Source: Actinomycetota bacterium (GTDB taxonomy: Bacteria; Actinomycetota; UBA4738; HRBIN12). From it: 64,000 nucleotides of DNA. The position numbers were made by a program, and so were the translations under genes. The notes beneath the pieces are model-generated. The model did no database searches and was not told the DNA's origin. It was given only the letters and a program-made list of their open reading frames with translations. Shown one piece after another: positions 45,569 to 55,524 of this stretch (positions within the stretch are counted from its first letter, which is position 1; the number at the start of each line of letters is the position of its first letter). The stretch lies in assembly GCA_041287635.1 (NCBI GenBank), contig JBGGNG010000057.1, positions 54,062 through 118,061 of the forward strand, read 5' to 3'.

Positions 45569-48500
45569 ATGCGCACCGGCCCGCCCTCGATCGCCGTCGC
45601 GACGGCAGGACCCTCGACCTCGCCGTGGATCACGTCGACCGCCAGGGTCTCGACGGCGACGGTGTCGCGATGCTCGATCAGGGCGTCGGTCACCACCGGC
45701 CCCGCCTCGACGCCGAGCTGGATCCGGTCCGAGATGTCGAGACCGGCGGCTTTGCGTGCGTCCTGGATCGCGCGGATGAGCTCCCGTGCCACCCCCTCTC
45801 GCCGCAGCTCGTCGGTCAGGTGCAGGTCGAGTGCGAGCGTGATGCCGCCCTCACTCGCGACCCCCCAGCCCTCGCGGACATCCTGCGAGAGGTCGACGTC
45901 GTCGGGACCGAGCGAGACGTCGCCGCCCGACGTGCGCACGGCGATCGTCCCGCCCATCGCGAGCTCGCCCGCGAGCGAGCCGTCGTCGGCGCCCAACGCG
46001 GCCGCCACCTCCTTCACCCGAGCGCCGAGCGTCGGTCCCAGCGCCTTGAAGTTCGGTTTCGCGTGCCACCGGCCGAACGATCCGGCCGACTCGGCGAAGA
46101 CGACCCGGTGCACGTTCAGCTCCTCGGCGACCAGGTCGAGCAGTGGCTCGAGGCCCTCGAGGCTGCCGGGCAGGTGGACCACAGCCTCCGCCAACGGCTG
46201 ACGCACCCGTGTCTTCGTCTCCGTGCGCACCGTTCGCCCGAGGCTGACGATCGTCCTCGCAGCCGCCATCGCCGCGTCGAGCGCAGCGTCGATCGCCTCC
46301 GCGTCGGCCGCTGGATAGTCGGCGAGGTGCACGGACTCGGGCCGTCCTGCTCGGCCGGCCGCGAGGTTGCGCCACATGACGTCGGCGACGAACGGTGTGA
46401 AGGGGGCGAGCAGCGTCGCAACGGCGACGAGGCACTCGTACAACGTATGGAACGCGGCGGATGCGTCGTCGGTGGCATCGCCGCCGGGGTTCCAGAACCT
46501 TCGCCGCGCACGGCGCACGTACCAGTTCGACAGGTCGTCGACGAAGCGCTCGATGCGGCGGCCCGCGCCGGTGGCGTCGTAAGCATCGAGGCCGTCGCGG
46601 GCGGCGGCCGTCGTGCGCGCGAGCTGGGACAGCACCCACCGGTCGAGCAGTGGCCGGTCGGCCACGGGGGGCGCCGGCGATGCTGGGTCGAAACCATCGG
46701 CGGTCGCGTAGGTCACGAAGAACGCGTGCACGTGGCGCAGCGTCAGCAGGAACTGCCGCACCACGTCGTCGAGCACCTCGTGCCCGATCCGCCGGGAGGC
46801 CCACGGCGAGCCGTTCGTGATCATGAACCATCGCAAGGCGTCGGCGCCCTGGCGGTCCAACGCCTCCCATGGGTCGAACATGTTCCCCAGCGATTTCGAC
46901 ATCTTCCGCCCGTCGGCCGCGATGATGTGACCGAGGCACACGACGTTGCGGTAGGCGGTCGCGTCGAAGTGCAGCACCCCTTCGGCCATCAGCGTGTAGA
47001 ACCATCCGCGCGTCTGGTCGATCGCCTCGGAGATGAAGTCGGCCGGGAAGTGCCGCTCGAAGTCCTCGATGCCGCGGCCGAGGTCGGGGTGGTAGCCCCA
47101 CTGCGCGAACGGCATCGCGCCCGAGTCGTACCAGGTGTCGATCACCTCGGGAACCCGACGAGCCTCCTGGCCGCATTCGGGACAGGTGAACGTCACGTCG
47201 TCGATCGCTGGCCGGTGGGGATCGACGTCGCGGACGTCGCGGCCCGCGAGCTCGCCGAGCTCGGTGAGCGAGCCGACGGCCCGCAGGTGCCCGGCGCGGC
47301 ACCGCCAGATCGGCAGCGGGGTGCCCCAGTAGCGCTCGCGCGAGAGCGCCCAGTCCACGTTGTTCTCCAGCCAATTCCCGTAGCGCCCGCTCTTGATGTG
47401 GCCGGGGAACCAGTGCACCTGCTCGTTCACGGCGAGCAGACGGTCCTTCACCTGGGTCGTGCGCACGTACCAGGACGTGCGCGCGTAGTAGAGCAGCGGC
47501 GTCTTGCATCGCCAGCAGAACGGGTAGCTGTGCTCGTACGTGCCTGACCGAAGCAGCACGCCGCGCTCTCGCAGGTCCTCGACGATCCTCGGGTCGGCGT
47601 CTTTCACGAAATGACCGCGCACGAACGCCGGTGCGAGGTCGGTGAAGCGTCCGTCGTCGCCCACCGGCTTGTGCACGGGCCAGCCCTGCGCGAGGCCGAT
47701 GGCGAGGTCCTCCGGACCAAAAGCCGGGGCGAGATGCACGATGCCGGTGCCGTCGTCCATCGAGACGAAGTCCGCAGCCACGACCCGGTGCGCGTCCTCG
47801 ACGTTCGGGTATGGCGGCTCGTAGCGGGCGCCGACGAGCGCGGCTCCGGACATCGTGCGGACGAGGTCACCGCCCTCGCCGAGCACGGTCTCCCGCAACG
47901 TGGCGCCGACGATCAGTCGCTCGCCGTCGAGGGCGATCTCGACATAGTCGGCGGCGGCATCGACCGCGACCCCGGTGTTCGAAGGCAGGGTCCACGGTGT
48001 CGTGGTCCACACGACCATCGAGGCGCCCACGAGCCCGACGTCGTCCGCCGCCTCGATCGGGAACCGCACGTGCACGCTCGGGTCGTCGACGGTCTGGTAC
48101 CCCAGCGCGACCTCTGCATCGGACAGGGCGGTGCCGCAGCGGGGGCAGTACGCCGTGACCTTGTCCGCTTCCTGCAGCAGGCCCCGCTCGAACAGCGACT
48201 TCAGCGACCACCACACAGACTCGATGTAGCGGGGCGACATCGTCCAGTAGGCCTCGTCGAGGTCGACCCAGTAGCCGATGCGCTCGGTGAGCCGCTCGAA
48301 CTCGCCCACGTATCGCTGGACCGACTCGCGGCACCGCTGGTTGAACTCGGCGATCCCGAACGCTTCGATATCGCGCTTGCCGGTGGTGCCGATCTCCTTC
48401 TCGACCTCGATCTCGACCGGCAGGCCGTGACAGTCCCACCCGCCTTTGCGCGGCACGAGATGGCCGGTCATCGTCTTGAACCGGGGGTAGACGTCCTTGA

Positions 48501-48696
48501 ACGTGCGGGGCTCCACATGGTGCACGCCGGGTCTGCCGTTCGCGGTCGGTGGCCCCTCGAAGAACATCCACAGCGGCGCGCCCTCGCGCCGGGCGAGCGA
48601 GGCGTTGAAGACGTCGTGCTCCTTCCAGAACGCGAGGATCTCCCGCTCGAGCTCCGGGAAGCTCGCCTTCGTGTCAACCGGCTCGAACGCCGCCAT
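45526..48696 (-). CDS. ileS: isoleucine--tRNA ligase
   Basis: ATG at 48696 (RBS GGAGGACGGAG) gives MAAFEPVDTKASFPELEREILAFWKEHDVF...; HIGH region (PTANGRPGVHH), KMSKS (KMSKSLGN), editing domain. Confidence 0.9.
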   Translation of the reverse strand: MAAFEPVDTKASFPELEREILAFWKEHDVFNASLARREGAPLWMFFEGPPTANGRPGVHHVEPRTFKDVYPRFKTMTGHLVPRKGGWDCHGLPVEIEVEKEIGTTGKRDIEAFGIAEFNQRCRESVQRYVGEFERLTERIGYWVDLDEAYWTMSPRYIESVWWSLKSLFERGLLQEADKVTAYCPRCGTALSDAEVALGYQTVDDPSVHVRFPIEAADDVGLVGASMVVWTTTPWTLPSNTGVAVDAAADYVEIALDGERLIVGATLRETVLGEGGDLVRTMSGAALVGARYEPPYPNVEDAHRVVAADFVSMDDGTGIVHLAPAFGPEDLAIGLAQGWPVHKPVGDDGRFTDLAPAFVRGHFVKDADPRIVEDLRERGVLLRSGTYEHSYPFCWRCKTPLLYYARTSWYVRTTQVKDRLLAVNEQVHWFPGHIKSGRYGNWLENNVDWALSRERYWGTPLPIWRCRAGHLRAVGSLTELGELAGRDVRDVDPHRPAIDDVTFTCPECGQEARRVPEVIDTWYDSGAMPFAQWGYHPDLGRGIEDFERHFPADFISEAIDQTRGWFYTLMAEGVLHFDATAYRNVVCLGHIIAADGRKMSKSLGNMFDPWEALDRQGADALRWFMITNGSPWASRRIGHEVLDDVVRQFLLTLRHVHAFFVTYATADGFDPASPAPPVADRPLLDRWVLSQLARTTAAARDGLDAYDATGAGRRIERFVDDLSNWYVRRARRRFWNPGGDATDDASAAFHTLYECLVAVATLLAPFTPFVADVMWRNLAAGRAGRPESVHLADYPAADAEAIDAALDAAMAAARTIVSLGRTVRTETKTRVRQPLAEAVVHLPGSLEGLEPLLDLVAEELNVHRVVFAESAGSFGRWHAKPNFKALGPTLGARVKEVAAALGADDGSLAGELAMGGTIAVRTSGGDVSLGPDDVDLSQDVREGWGVASEGGITLALDLHLTDELRREGVARELIRAIQDARKAAGLDISDRIQLGVEAGPVVTDALIEHRDTVAVETLAVDVIHGEVEGPAVATAIEGGPVRITVRRADYASPARA

Positions 48697-48980
48697 CTCC
48701 GTCCTCCCGCCGCGGTCCGTGGGGGCCCCCGACACGAACGCCCCGCCCCAGTGCCGGGACGAGGCGTCGAGTCTGCCCCGCGGTACCACCCCGCGTTGCC
48801 GCGCCCTCACGGGTCGTGGCCACTCACGGCCTCGAACGAAGGCCTCCCGCTGTCACGGGCGGAACCCGCCTGCATCTCCCACGGCCGACCGGCCGGCTCG
48901 GACAGGGGCTCGGAGATGATGTCCGCGCGGCGCCGGCGCCGGGCTCCCACCATCCCCGGCTCGCTTCTGCCTGACGGATC
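48697..48980 (-). promoter_or_regulatory. T-box riboswitch leader (Ile-specific, likely translational type) upstream of ileS
   Basis: Minus-strand RNA contains ACGCGGGGUGGUACCGCGG (T-box consensus AGGGUGGNACCGCG; plus coordinates 48777-48796), a GGACAUCAUCUCC segment with AUC Ile codons (48904-48915), and GGGAGGACGGAG SD positioned for sequestration. Confidence 0.6.
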
Positions 48981-49027
48981 CGCGCGGCGCGTTCCCGTCG
49001 TCGCCTGTGAGAGGCATGCTACATGCC

Positions 49028-49291
49028 ATGGCGAGCCTGACGGTGCGGGTGGTGCCCCGATCCGGACGAACCGAGGTCGTGCGCAGATCCTCCGGCGAGA
49101 TCGTGGTGCGGGTCCGTGCGGCCCCCGAGCGGGGGAGGGCCACGACCGAGGCGGGCGCCGCGCTGGCTGCCTTCATCGGCATCCCTCGGACCGCCGTGTC
49201 GCTGCGGACAGGCGCTCGTTCGAGGTCCAAGGTCTTCTCGCTCGAAGGGGTCTCCGACGACGACCTCAGGAAGGCCTTGAACCGCCTGTGA
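49028..49291 (+). CDS. DUF167/YggU-family protein
   Basis: MASLTVRVVPRSGRTEVV...GEIVVRVRAAPERGRATTEAGAALAAFIGIPRTAVSL fits the YggU pattern (VxVxPxAxxxxV...VxVxAPPxxGxAN..L..FL); two in-frame ATGs upstream (49007, 49016) are alternative starts. Confidence 0.6.
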   Translation: MASLTVRVVPRSGRTEVVRRSSGEIVVRVRAAPERGRATTEAGAALAAFIGIPRTAVSLRTGARSRSKVFSLEGVSDDDLRKALNRL

Positions 49292-49340
49292 CCTGCGGCG
49301 ACGGGTCCAGGATGGCCCGTTCTGCTACCCTTCGCCGACC

Positions 49341-49724
49341 ATGCCCCAGACCAAGCTCACCGCCAAGGAGATCGGCGACCTCAAGGGTCGCCTCGAAGAG
49401 GAACAGCTCGAGCTGCGCGACCAGCTGACCACGATCGAGGAAGAGGCATTCGCGGCGACCCAGTCCGAGCTCGCCGGCGACGTCGGCCTCGACGACGAGT
49501 CCGCGGATGCGGGGACGGCGACGTTCGAGCGCGAGAAGGATCTCTCGATCGAGAACAACGTGCGCGACCTGCTGGCCAAGATCGACCGGGCGCTCAAGCG
49601 CATCGACGACGGCAGCTTCGGCACCTGCGATCGCTGCGGCAAGCCGATCGAGAAGGCGCGCATCAAGGCGCTTCCGTACGTCGACCTCTGCATCAAGGAC
49701 GCGCAGGCGCAATCGCGCCGGTAG
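49341..49724 (+). CDS. DksA/TraR-family C4 zinc-finger protein
   Basis: Coiled-coil N-terminus and CDRCGKPIEKARIKALPYVDLC zinc finger; conserved neighbour of lspA in Actinobacteria. Confidence 0.7.
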   Translation: MPQTKLTAKEIGDLKGRLEEEQLELRDQLTTIEEEAFAATQSELAGDVGLDDESADAGTATFEREKDLSIENNVRDLLAKIDRALKRIDDGSFGTCDRCGKPIEKARIKALPYVDLCIKDAQAQSRR

Positions 49725-49729
49725 CGGCT

Positions 49730-50275
49730 GTGGACCGCGCTCGACGCCGCGGGGCGGTCTGGCTCTTCACCGTCGCAGGGCTCGTCTTCATGCTGGACCG
49801 CGTCACCAAGGCCTGGGCGGAGCAGCGACTCGTATCCGCCCCGATCGACGTGATCGAGGGCGTCCTGACGTTCCGCTTCGCGACGAACCCCGGGGGCGCG
49901 TTCAGCCTGGGCCAGAACGCGCCGTGGTTCTTCGCGACGGCCAGCATCGTCGTGTCGATCCTGATCGTCGTCACCGCGTTCCGCCACACGAACGTCCTCA
50001 CGGCGGTCGCGTTGGGCCTCGTGCTCGGGGGTGCGGTCGGGAACCTGACGGACCGGCTCACCCGCGGCGAGGACTTCTTCTCGGGGCGGGTCGTGGACTT
50101 CATCGACCTGCAGATCTGGCCGGTGTTCAACATCGCCGACACCGCGATCGTCGTGGGGGCGGTGATCCTCGCCGTGAGCTCGTTCGTCGGGGACCGCGGC
50201 CAGGCGGCCTCCGGCGCCGCACTCGGGGGGACCGCATCGCCGGCGACGGACGGGCACGCCGTCGATGAGCGCTGA
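49730..50275 (+). CDS. lspA: lipoprotein signal peptidase II
   Basis: GTG start; FRFATNPGGAFSLG, NLTDR and FNIADTAIVVG motifs, four TM helices. Confidence 0.85.
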   Translation: MDRARRRGAVWLFTVAGLVFMLDRVTKAWAEQRLVSAPIDVIEGVLTFRFATNPGGAFSLGQNAPWFFATASIVVSILIVVTAFRHTNVLTAVALGLVLGGAVGNLTDRLTRGEDFFSGRVVDFIDLQIWPVFNIADTAIVVGAVILAVSSFVGDRGQAASGAALGGTASPATDGHAVDER

Positions 50276-51164
50276 GACCTACGTCGGGGAAGCCGGCCGG
50301 CTCGACGCCGTGATCGCCCGGCTCTCCGGCTCCACCCGGGCCGACGTGCAACGCGCGATCGCCGACGGTCACGTGCTCGTCGACGGAGCGGCGCGCCCGA
50401 AGTCCTTCCGGCTCGAGGGCGGCGAGCGACTCCAGGTCGAGATCCGGCCGAACGAACCGCTCGCGGCGGAGGGCCCGCCGGTGCCGGTCCGCTTCGAAGA
50501 CGCTCACCTGATGGTGATCGCCAAACCGGAAGGCCTGATCACCCACCCCACTGAGCAGCGACGCACCGGCACGCTGGTGAACCGCCTGCTCGGGATGGGC
50601 ATCCGGCTGTCGGGGAACGGTGGCCCGTTGCGCCCCGGCATCGTGCACCGTCTCGACGCCGGCACCTCCTGGTTGATGCTCGTCGCGAAGACCGACGAGG
50701 CGCACGAGGCGCTCTCACGCATGATGCGGCGCCACGAGGTGCAACGCCGCTACCTCGCGCTCGTGCGCGGCCGGGTGGAGCACGAGACGTTCGCCGTCGA
50801 CGCGCCCCTCGGCCGCCGGGCCGAGCGCATCGTCGTGGACCACAGCGAGGGCAGGGCGGCCGAGACGGGGTTCGAGATCCGCGAACGTCTGACCCGCGCG
50901 ACGCTCCTCGAGGCGACACCGCGCACCGGACGTACCCACCAGATCCGCGTGCACCTGCGCGCGATCGGGCACCCGATCCTCGGGGACCGTGCGTACGGGG
51001 GCGGCGGGGACGACGCGACCGCCCTCGGCCTGACGCGACCATTCCTGCATTCGTGGAGGATCGCGTTCGACCACCCGGTCACAGGGGAGCGCGTCGAGAT
51101 CGAGGAAGCCTTCCCCGACGACCTCGGCGGCGCCCTGGAGAGGGCCCGCGACCTGCAACCTTGA
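50265..51164 (+). CDS. rluD: RluA-family 23S rRNA pseudouridine synthase (RluD-like)
   Basis: S4 domain then HRLDAGTSWLMLVAKT (catalytic Asp motif), THQIRVH; ATG overlaps the lspA stop. Confidence 0.8.
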   Translation: MSAETYVGEAGRLDAVIARLSGSTRADVQRAIADGHVLVDGAARPKSFRLEGGERLQVEIRPNEPLAAEGPPVPVRFEDAHLMVIAKPEGLITHPTEQRRTGTLVNRLLGMGIRLSGNGGPLRPGIVHRLDAGTSWLMLVAKTDEAHEALSRMMRRHEVQRRYLALVRGRVEHETFAVDAPLGRRAERIVVDHSEGRAAETGFEIRERLTRATLLEATPRTGRTHQIRVHLRAIGHPILGDRAYGGGGDDATALGLTRPFLHSWRIAFDHPVTGERVEIEEAFPDDLGGALERARDLQP

Positions 51165-51246
51165 CGACCTCTCGGGCCGGGCGTAGGTTGGTCACCCGCT
51201 GGAATCACACCGGTGTAGTTCTCCACAGCCGCCGGGGAAGCTGTGG
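51161..51246 (+). promoter_or_regulatory. candidate dnaE promoter TTGACG-17-TAGGTT (51161-51189) followed by a 7-bp stem hairpin CCACAGC(N10)GCTGTGG (51223-51246) in the 5' UTR
   Basis: Hexamers and spacer read directly; the -35 overlaps the rluD stop codon. Confidence 0.35.
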
Positions 51247-51279
51247 ATATCCGCCCCGCAAGGAGCTCGCACACCGCAC

Positions 51280-54200
51280 ATGACCGACCGCAGCGACGGC
51301 TTCGTCCACCTTCACGTGCACTCCGAGTACTCCCTGCTCGACGGCGCCGCTCGCATCGAAGCTCCCGCGTCGAACCCCGGGGCGCCCACGATCTTCACTG
51401 AGGCGCAGCGGCTCGGCATGCCCGCGGTCGCCGTCACCGACCACGGATCGATGTTCGGCACGCTGCGCTTCTTCGAGGCGGCCAGGGAGGCCGGCGTCAA
51501 ACCGATCATCGGCGTCGAGGCCTACGTCGCGCCTGGCTCGCGGTTCGATCGCAACCCCGGCGAGAGCGAGGAGAAGTACTACCACCTCACGCTCCTGGCC
51601 CGGAACGAAGCCGGGTACCGCAACCTCCTCAAGCTCGTCTCCGCGGCCTACCTCGAGGGCTTCTACCACCGCCCACGCATGGACAAGCAGCTCATGGCCG
51701 AGCATGCCGAGGGCATCACCTGCCTCTCGGGCTGCCTGTCGAGCGAGGTGTCCGTGCAGCTCCTGAACGGCCAGCAGGAGCGGGCCCGCCAGACCGCCTC
51801 CGAGTACCGCGACATCTTCGGGGCCGACGGCTTCTACATCGAGGTGCAGGACCACGGCATCGGCGACCAACGCAAGATCCTGAGGCAGCAGTTCGATCTC
51901 GGCCGCGACCTCGGCATCCCGGTCGTGGCGACGAACGACCTGCACTACACGCTCAAGGAGGACGCGAAGCCGCACGACGTGCTGCTCTGCATCCAGCAGC
52001 AGAAGGTGCAGACCGACCTGAAGCGGCTGCGCTTCGACGCGGACGAGTTCTACCTGAAGAGCGCCGAGGAGATGCGCCACGTGTTCGCCGAGGCGCCCGA
52101 GGCCTGCGACAACACCCTCACGATCGCCGAGAGCGTCGAGCTCGACCTCGTCTACGGCGATCGCGCACCCGCCGACCAGCGTTACCACCTGCCGCGGTTC
52201 GAGACGCCCGGGGGCCTCGACCGAGACACCTACCTGCGCCAGCTCGTCGACGACGGCGCCGTGGCCCGCTACGGCGAGATCACGCCCGAGATCCGCAAGA
52301 GGATCAACCACGAGCTCGGCGTGATCACCAGCATGGGCTTCGGAGGCTACTTCCTGATCGTGTGGGACCTGATCAGGCACGCCCGCGACCAGGGCATCCG
52401 TGTGGGCCCGGGACGCGGATCGGCGGCTGGGTCGGTCGTCAGCTACGCGTTGCGCATCACCGACCTCGATCCGCTGCGCTACGGGCTGTTGTTCGAGCGG
52501 TTCCTGAACCCCGAACGCATCCAGATGCCCGACATCGACATGGACTTCGACGAGCGTCGCCGCGACGAGGTGATCCGCTACGCGACCGAGAAGTACGGTG
52601 TCGACCACGTCGCGCAGATCGTCACGTTCCAGACGATCAAGGGGAAGCAGGGCATCCGCGACGCCGCGCGCGTGCTCGGGTTCCCGCCGGTGGTGGGCGA
52701 TCGGCTCTGCAAGATGTATCCGCCCGCGGTGATGGGCCGTGACTACCCGATCGAGGACGCGCTCAAGCTCTCGCCCGACCTGGCGAACGCGTACGAGCGC
52801 GAGCCGGAGGCCAAGGAGATCGTCGAGACGGCACGGGCCCTCGAGGGGCTGCGCCGCGAGGACTCCGTGCACGCGGCCGGCGTCGTGATCGGCGACGCGC
52901 CGCTCGTGAACTACCTGCCGCTGAAGCTCTCGAAGGACTCACGAGACGATTCCAAGAAGGTCGTGACCCAGTTCGATATGAACGGGGTCGAGGCGCTCGG
53001 CTTGCTGAAGATGGACTTCCTCGGCCTGCGGAACCTTTCGGTGATCGAGGACACCCTGCGACACCTGCGCGCCCGCGGGGTCGAGCTCGACATCGACCAC
53101 GTCGCGCTCGACGACCCCGGGACCTACGCGATGCTGCAGCGCGCGGAGACCACGGGCGTGTTCCAGATGGAATCGGCGGGCATGCGCAACCTGATCAAGG
53201 TCCTCAAGCCCGACCGTTTCGAGGACCTGATGGCGCTCGTGGCCCTCTACCGTCCCGGGCCGCTGAACAACGGCCTGCACACCGAGTACGCCGAGCGCAA
53301 GCACGGCCGGCGCCAGGTCACCTATCCGCACGACGACCTCGAACCGATCCTGCGTGACACGTACGGCGTGATGATCTACCAGGAACAGGTGATGCAGGTG
53401 GCGGTGGCGCTCGCCGGCTTCTCGATGGGCGAGGCGGACACCCTGCGCAAGGCGATGGGCAAGAAGAAGCTCGACGTGCTCATGCCCTTCAAAGAGAAGT
53501 TCATCGCCGGGGCCGTCGACAAGGGCTATCCGCGCACGCTCGCGGACGACATGTTCGACATGATCGTGCCGTTCGCCGACTACGGCTTCAACGCCTCGCA
53601 CGCCTGCGCATACGGCTACGTGGCCTACCAGACGGCATACCTGATGGCCCACCACCCGGTCGAGTACATGGCGGCGATCCTGACCTCGGTCAAGGACGAC
53701 AAGGATCGCAAGCCCTACTACCTCTACGCCTGCCGCGGCATGGACATCGAGGTCCTGCCCCCCGACGTGAACGAGTCCGAGACCGACTTCGCCCCGGCGC
53801 CCGGCGGCGTGCCCGCGATCCGTTACGGGCTGTCCGCGGTGCGCAACGTCGGGGAGGGAGCCGTCACGAAGATCATCGAGGCGCGCCGCGCCGACGGAGC
53901 CTTCACGTCGTTCTCGGACTTCTGCAGGAAGGTCGACCCGGGGGTGCTGACGAAGCGTGTGTTCGAATCGCTCGCGCAGGCGGGCGCGTTCGGCTCGCTC
54001 GGCTACACGCGCCAGGGCCTCCTGCAGGCTCAGGACAAGGTCTCGGGGCCGATCCTCGCCGAGCGCAAGGCCGAGGAGGCCGGCCAGTTCTCGCTCTTCG
54101 GCGCGGGCGACGACACATCGGCGGCGGGAGCGATCGACGAATCCGTGCTCGAGGCTGAGGAGTTCGACAAGCGTACGCTCCTTCGGCTCGAGAAGGAGAT

Positions 54201-54864
54201 GCTCGGACAGTTCGTCACCGACCACCCCCTGCTCGAGGTCCGCGACGTGCTCTCGTCGAAGTGCTCGCACGAGATCGCTGACCTCGAGGCACTCGGCGAC
54301 GGCGACCTCGTCACGATCGGCGGCATCATCGGGGCCGTCGCCCGCAAGTACACCAAGCGCGGAGAGCCGTACGCCCAGTTCCGCCTCGAGGGCCTGGCGG
54401 GCGGCGTCAACGTGGTGGCGTTCCCGAACGTGTACGAGGCGGTGCCCGGCATGATCGAGACCGATCGCATCGTGCTCGCGGTGGGCCGAATCGATCTGCG
54501 CGGGCGTGAGTTGCAGATCCGGGCGACCGAGGTCCGTGAACCCGACCTGGGCGGCGCGTCGTCGATCGCCGCGGTGCCCGATGCGGTCGTCGTCGACCTG
54601 CCCGCCGCGGCCTGCACTCCTTCGGTCCTCGCCAAGCTCAAGGATCTCTTCGAGGCCCATCCCGGCGGGGCCCCCGTCCGGGTGCGGTTCCTGTCCTCGG
54701 GTGGTGTGACCCCGTTGGAGCTCGGCACGTACCGGGTGCACCCGGGTGGCCCTCTCCTGGGTGAGCTCCGGTCGCTGCTCGGCGGCGACGCCGCGCGGGT
54801 CGAGCGCGATCCGGCGGCCGACCCCGAAGGCAGCTCGGCCCCCCGCTCGTCCAGTCTCGTCTAG
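51280..54864 (+). CDS. dnaE: DNA polymerase III alpha subunit (replicative DnaE1)
   Basis: 1194 aa; PHP N-terminus VHLHVHSEYSLLDGA, pol IIIa palm/fingers (GPGRGSAAGS), OB-fold C-terminus. Confidence 0.9.
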   Translation: MTDRSDGFVHLHVHSEYSLLDGAARIEAPASNPGAPTIFTEAQRLGMPAVAVTDHGSMFGTLRFFEAAREAGVKPIIGVEAYVAPGSRFDRNPGESEEKYYHLTLLARNEAGYRNLLKLVSAAYLEGFYHRPRMDKQLMAEHAEGITCLSGCLSSEVSVQLLNGQQERARQTASEYRDIFGADGFYIEVQDHGIGDQRKILRQQFDLGRDLGIPVVATNDLHYTLKEDAKPHDVLLCIQQQKVQTDLKRLRFDADEFYLKSAEEMRHVFAEAPEACDNTLTIAESVELDLVYGDRAPADQRYHLPRFETPGGLDRDTYLRQLVDDGAVARYGEITPEIRKRINHELGVITSMGFGGYFLIVWDLIRHARDQGIRVGPGRGSAAGSVVSYALRITDLDPLRYGLLFERFLNPERIQMPDIDMDFDERRRDEVIRYATEKYGVDHVAQIVTFQTIKGKQGIRDAARVLGFPPVVGDRLCKMYPPAVMGRDYPIEDALKLSPDLANAYEREPEAKEIVETARALEGLRREDSVHAAGVVIGDAPLVNYLPLKLSKDSRDDSKKVVTQFDMNGVEALGLLKMDFLGLRNLSVIEDTLRHLRARGVELDIDHVALDDPGTYAMLQRAETTGVFQMESAGMRNLIKVLKPDRFEDLMALVALYRPGPLNNGLHTEYAERKHGRRQVTYPHDDLEPILRDTYGVMIYQEQVMQVAVALAGFSMGEADTLRKAMGKKKLDVLMPFKEKFIAGAVDKGYPRTLADDMFDMIVPFADYGFNASHACAYGYVAYQTAYLMAHHPVEYMAAILTSVKDDKDRKPYYLYACRGMDIEVLPPDVNESETDFAPAPGGVPAIRYGLSAVRNVGEGAVTKIIEARRADGAFTSFSDFCRKVDPGVLTKRVFESLAQAGAFGSLGYTRQGLLQAQDKVSGPILAERKAEEAGQFSLFGAGDDTSAAGAIDESVLEAEEFDKRTLLRLEKEMLGQFVTDHPLLEVRDVLSSKCSHEIADLEALGDGDLVTIGGIIGAVARKYTKRGEPYAQFRLEGLAGGVNVVAFPNVYEAVPGMIETDRIVLAVGRIDLRGRELQIRATEVREPDLGGASSIAAVPDAVVVDLPAAACTPSVLAKLKDLFEAHPGGAPVRVRFLSSGGVTPLELGTYRVHPGGPLLGELRSLLGGDAARVERDPAADPEGSSAPRSSSLV

Positions 54865-55484
54865 TTGGGGCTCACGTCGAGGCCGGCGCCGCCCACCCCG
54901 GCGCCGAGCGCTCGCACCAAGGCCGTCTCGTGCCGGAAGATGCCGCGCACCGCGGCGAGCCGGGCACCCGCGCCGGCCAGCTCCAGCAGCGCCTGATGCG
55001 TCGGCACGAGGGCGGGGGTTGCCGCGGCGAGCACGTAGCTCGCGGCCACGGGGTCGTGAGGGGCCGAGGCGACCTGCCCGGCGGGTTCACCCGTGACGGA
55101 CAGGTACCCCGAGAGGGCGTCGGCGGCGGCCTCGACGTCGTCGGTGCCGGCGCCCCCCTCGTCGGGGAAGAGCTCGATCTGCCAGATCGGGTACGGGTCC
55201 TCACGATCCGGCGCGATCAGCGCGACGCGGTCCCGGCCGACGATGCGCAGGCGGTGCGAACCGTCCTCGTCGCGATCGTGGACCTCGATCGCGACCGTGA
55301 CACCGACACGGTAGGGCTCGTAGGAACCGCCCACCTCCTGTCCGTGACGGATCGCGACTACGGCGAACGTGCCGGCAGGGAGCACGTCGTCCATCAGGGC
55401 CCGGTAACGGGGCTCGAAGACCCGCAGCCCCATCGCCTGACCGGGGAACAACACGGTGTGCAGCGCGAAGACGGGCATCTCCAT
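54861..55484 (-). CDS. Lon protease N-terminal (LON substrate-binding) domain-only protein
   Basis: MPVFALHTVLFPGQAMGLRVFEPRYRALMDDV is the Lon-N signature; ~208 aa with no ATPase or protease domain; its stop overlaps the dnaE stop (convergent). Confidence 0.6.
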   Translation of the reverse strand: MEMPVFALHTVLFPGQAMGLRVFEPRYRALMDDVLPAGTFAVVAIRHGQEVGGSYEPYRVGVTVAIEVHDRDEDGSHRLRIVGRDRVALIAPDREDPYPIWQIELFPDEGGAGTDDVEAAADALSGYLSVTGEPAGQVASAPHDPVAASYVLAAATPALVPTHQALLELAGAGARLAAVRGIFRHETALVRALGAGVGGAGLDVSPN

Positions 55485-55524
55485 GCACCCATGATGCCAG
55501 CGCACGGCCGATAGGGTTCCCACG

